From Callorhinchus milii (taxonomy: Eukaryota), in assembly GCF_018977255.1 (NCBI RefSeq), contig NW_024704742.1, forward strand, positions 73,472,001 through 73,536,000: a stretch of DNA of 64,000 bases, in the 5' to 3' direction. Each line of letters begins with the position of its first letter. The first letter of the stretch is position 1. Below the pieces are notes generated by a model. The model worked only from the letters and a program-made list of their open reading frames with translations, was not told the DNA's origin and did no database searches. The position numbers and the translations under genes are program-made. Positions 63,000 to 64,000 of this stretch are shown here, piece after piece.

Positions 63000-63420
63000 A
63001 GAACTTGCATTTTTGTAACACCTTGTCACATCAGGACATCTCAAAGTACTTCAGAAGTAATTACTGTCAAATACGGAGTGCTTCTTGCTAGCAAAATGCT
63101 GTAGCGATTTTTTTTTTGCAGCGTTTCACACCAACAGTCTCCCACAAATAGCTAGAAGGATTTAAATTGGCGGATTGTTGATCAGGATTCTGGGAGAAAC
63201 TCCCTTCTCTTTTCTAATCATGCCATGACATTTTTAATTATCCACCTCAAAAGACAGACGTGTAATATTGCATTCAAAAGATAGCACTACTGTACCAACA
63301 ATTTAGCACTTCCCCAGTGATGTGCTGGAATAATACGTATTAGGCTGTGAGTTCCAAACATCGGGCTTGAACCCATCGCTTTTCTTATACAGAAGCAAGA
63401 GTGTTCTCAATTGAATCAGA
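63000..63420 (-). mobile_element. Degenerate Deu-domain SINE
   Basis: ACTTGCATTT..GGGAGAAACTCCCTTCTCTTTT..GGGCTTGAACCCA..CTCAATTGA. Confidence 0.6.
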
Positions 63421-63659
63421 TGAACACATGAATGTTATTAAGACAGGATTATTCCTCACTATTTGTTTTTCACCTTTCCATTATGTATGTTTAGAATAGC
63501 TTTGAGTAAAAAAAAGCATAGAAAGCTAAATAAACTTTGTGGTGATTCACCAAGGCTACAACTATTTGCAGTTATATAACACCTTTCAAGTAGGATGAAC
63601 AATTCAAGGCATTTCACGGCAATGATGGGAATCACTGAGTATTGAGAAAAAGAGGCAGA

Positions 63660-64000
63660 GTTTGAGGAGGTTGACAAAAGGCACAGTCAAATATATGTGT
63701 TTGAGAGGGTTCTGAAGGCAGGAAAATACACAAGACAAAGAGATTTTAGGTGAGAATTCCAGAGAGAAGACATAGAGGATGAAGGCTCAACTACTGATGG
63801 TGGGATGAAAGGAGTGAAGATTGAGTAGGAGGAGGGTATGAGCAGGAGACTAGATTGCAGATATATTGAAGGGTAAAACTGTGAAGAGAATTGAAGGTGG
63901 TAATGAGGGTCTTGAAACTGATCTAATTGACCTGGTTTCTGGGATCCAGTGGAGGCTGGTGAGAATAGGTGTGTGGAGTTATGTGTGGGAGAGAATATGG
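63660..64000 (-). mobile_element. Old L2 3' fragment running off the window
   Basis: GAATTCCAGAG, GATGGTGGG, AATGAGGGTCTTGAAACTGATC..GGGATCCAGTGGAG (LHW.P...FKTL on the minus strand). Confidence 0.65.

Noticed and set aside
59030..64000. Final complexin exon (YGIKKK...)
   Set aside because: No such frame or matching acceptor seen. Presumably downstream of the window.
1..64000. CRISPR arrays, operons or other prokaryotic systems
   Set aside because: The sequence is a eukaryotic intron-rich locus, with no regularly spaced repeat-spacer array or prokaryotic gene organisation.

Overview
Vertebrate genomic DNA, very probably a cartilaginous fish (inferred from the repeat repertoire, not provable here). 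It holds the middle of one complexin gene on the + strand, most like CPLX1. The first coding exon is 10217-10331 (CDS from 10301, MDFVMKQALGG) and the 176-nt second coding exon is 58854-59029, separated by a 48,522-nt GT-AG intron. The promoter, non-coding first exon and last coding exon were not found in the window. Nearly everything else is intronic and repeat-derived. The retroelements are L2 and CR1 LINE fragments, very degenerate RTE-like fossils, older Deu-domain SINEs, and a young tRNA-Ala-headed SINE with at least three subfamilies, one sharing its 3' stem-loop with a co-resident L2. There is also a pogo/Tigger deletion derivative and several palindromes. The most unusual element is an unclassified ~600-bp, hairpin-dense, A-tailed non-coding repeat present in 8 full or partial copies. 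Almost all ORFs in the track are LINE/SINE fragments or chance ORFs. Repeat family names come from motif recognition by eye, not database searches, and repeat boundaries are approximate.
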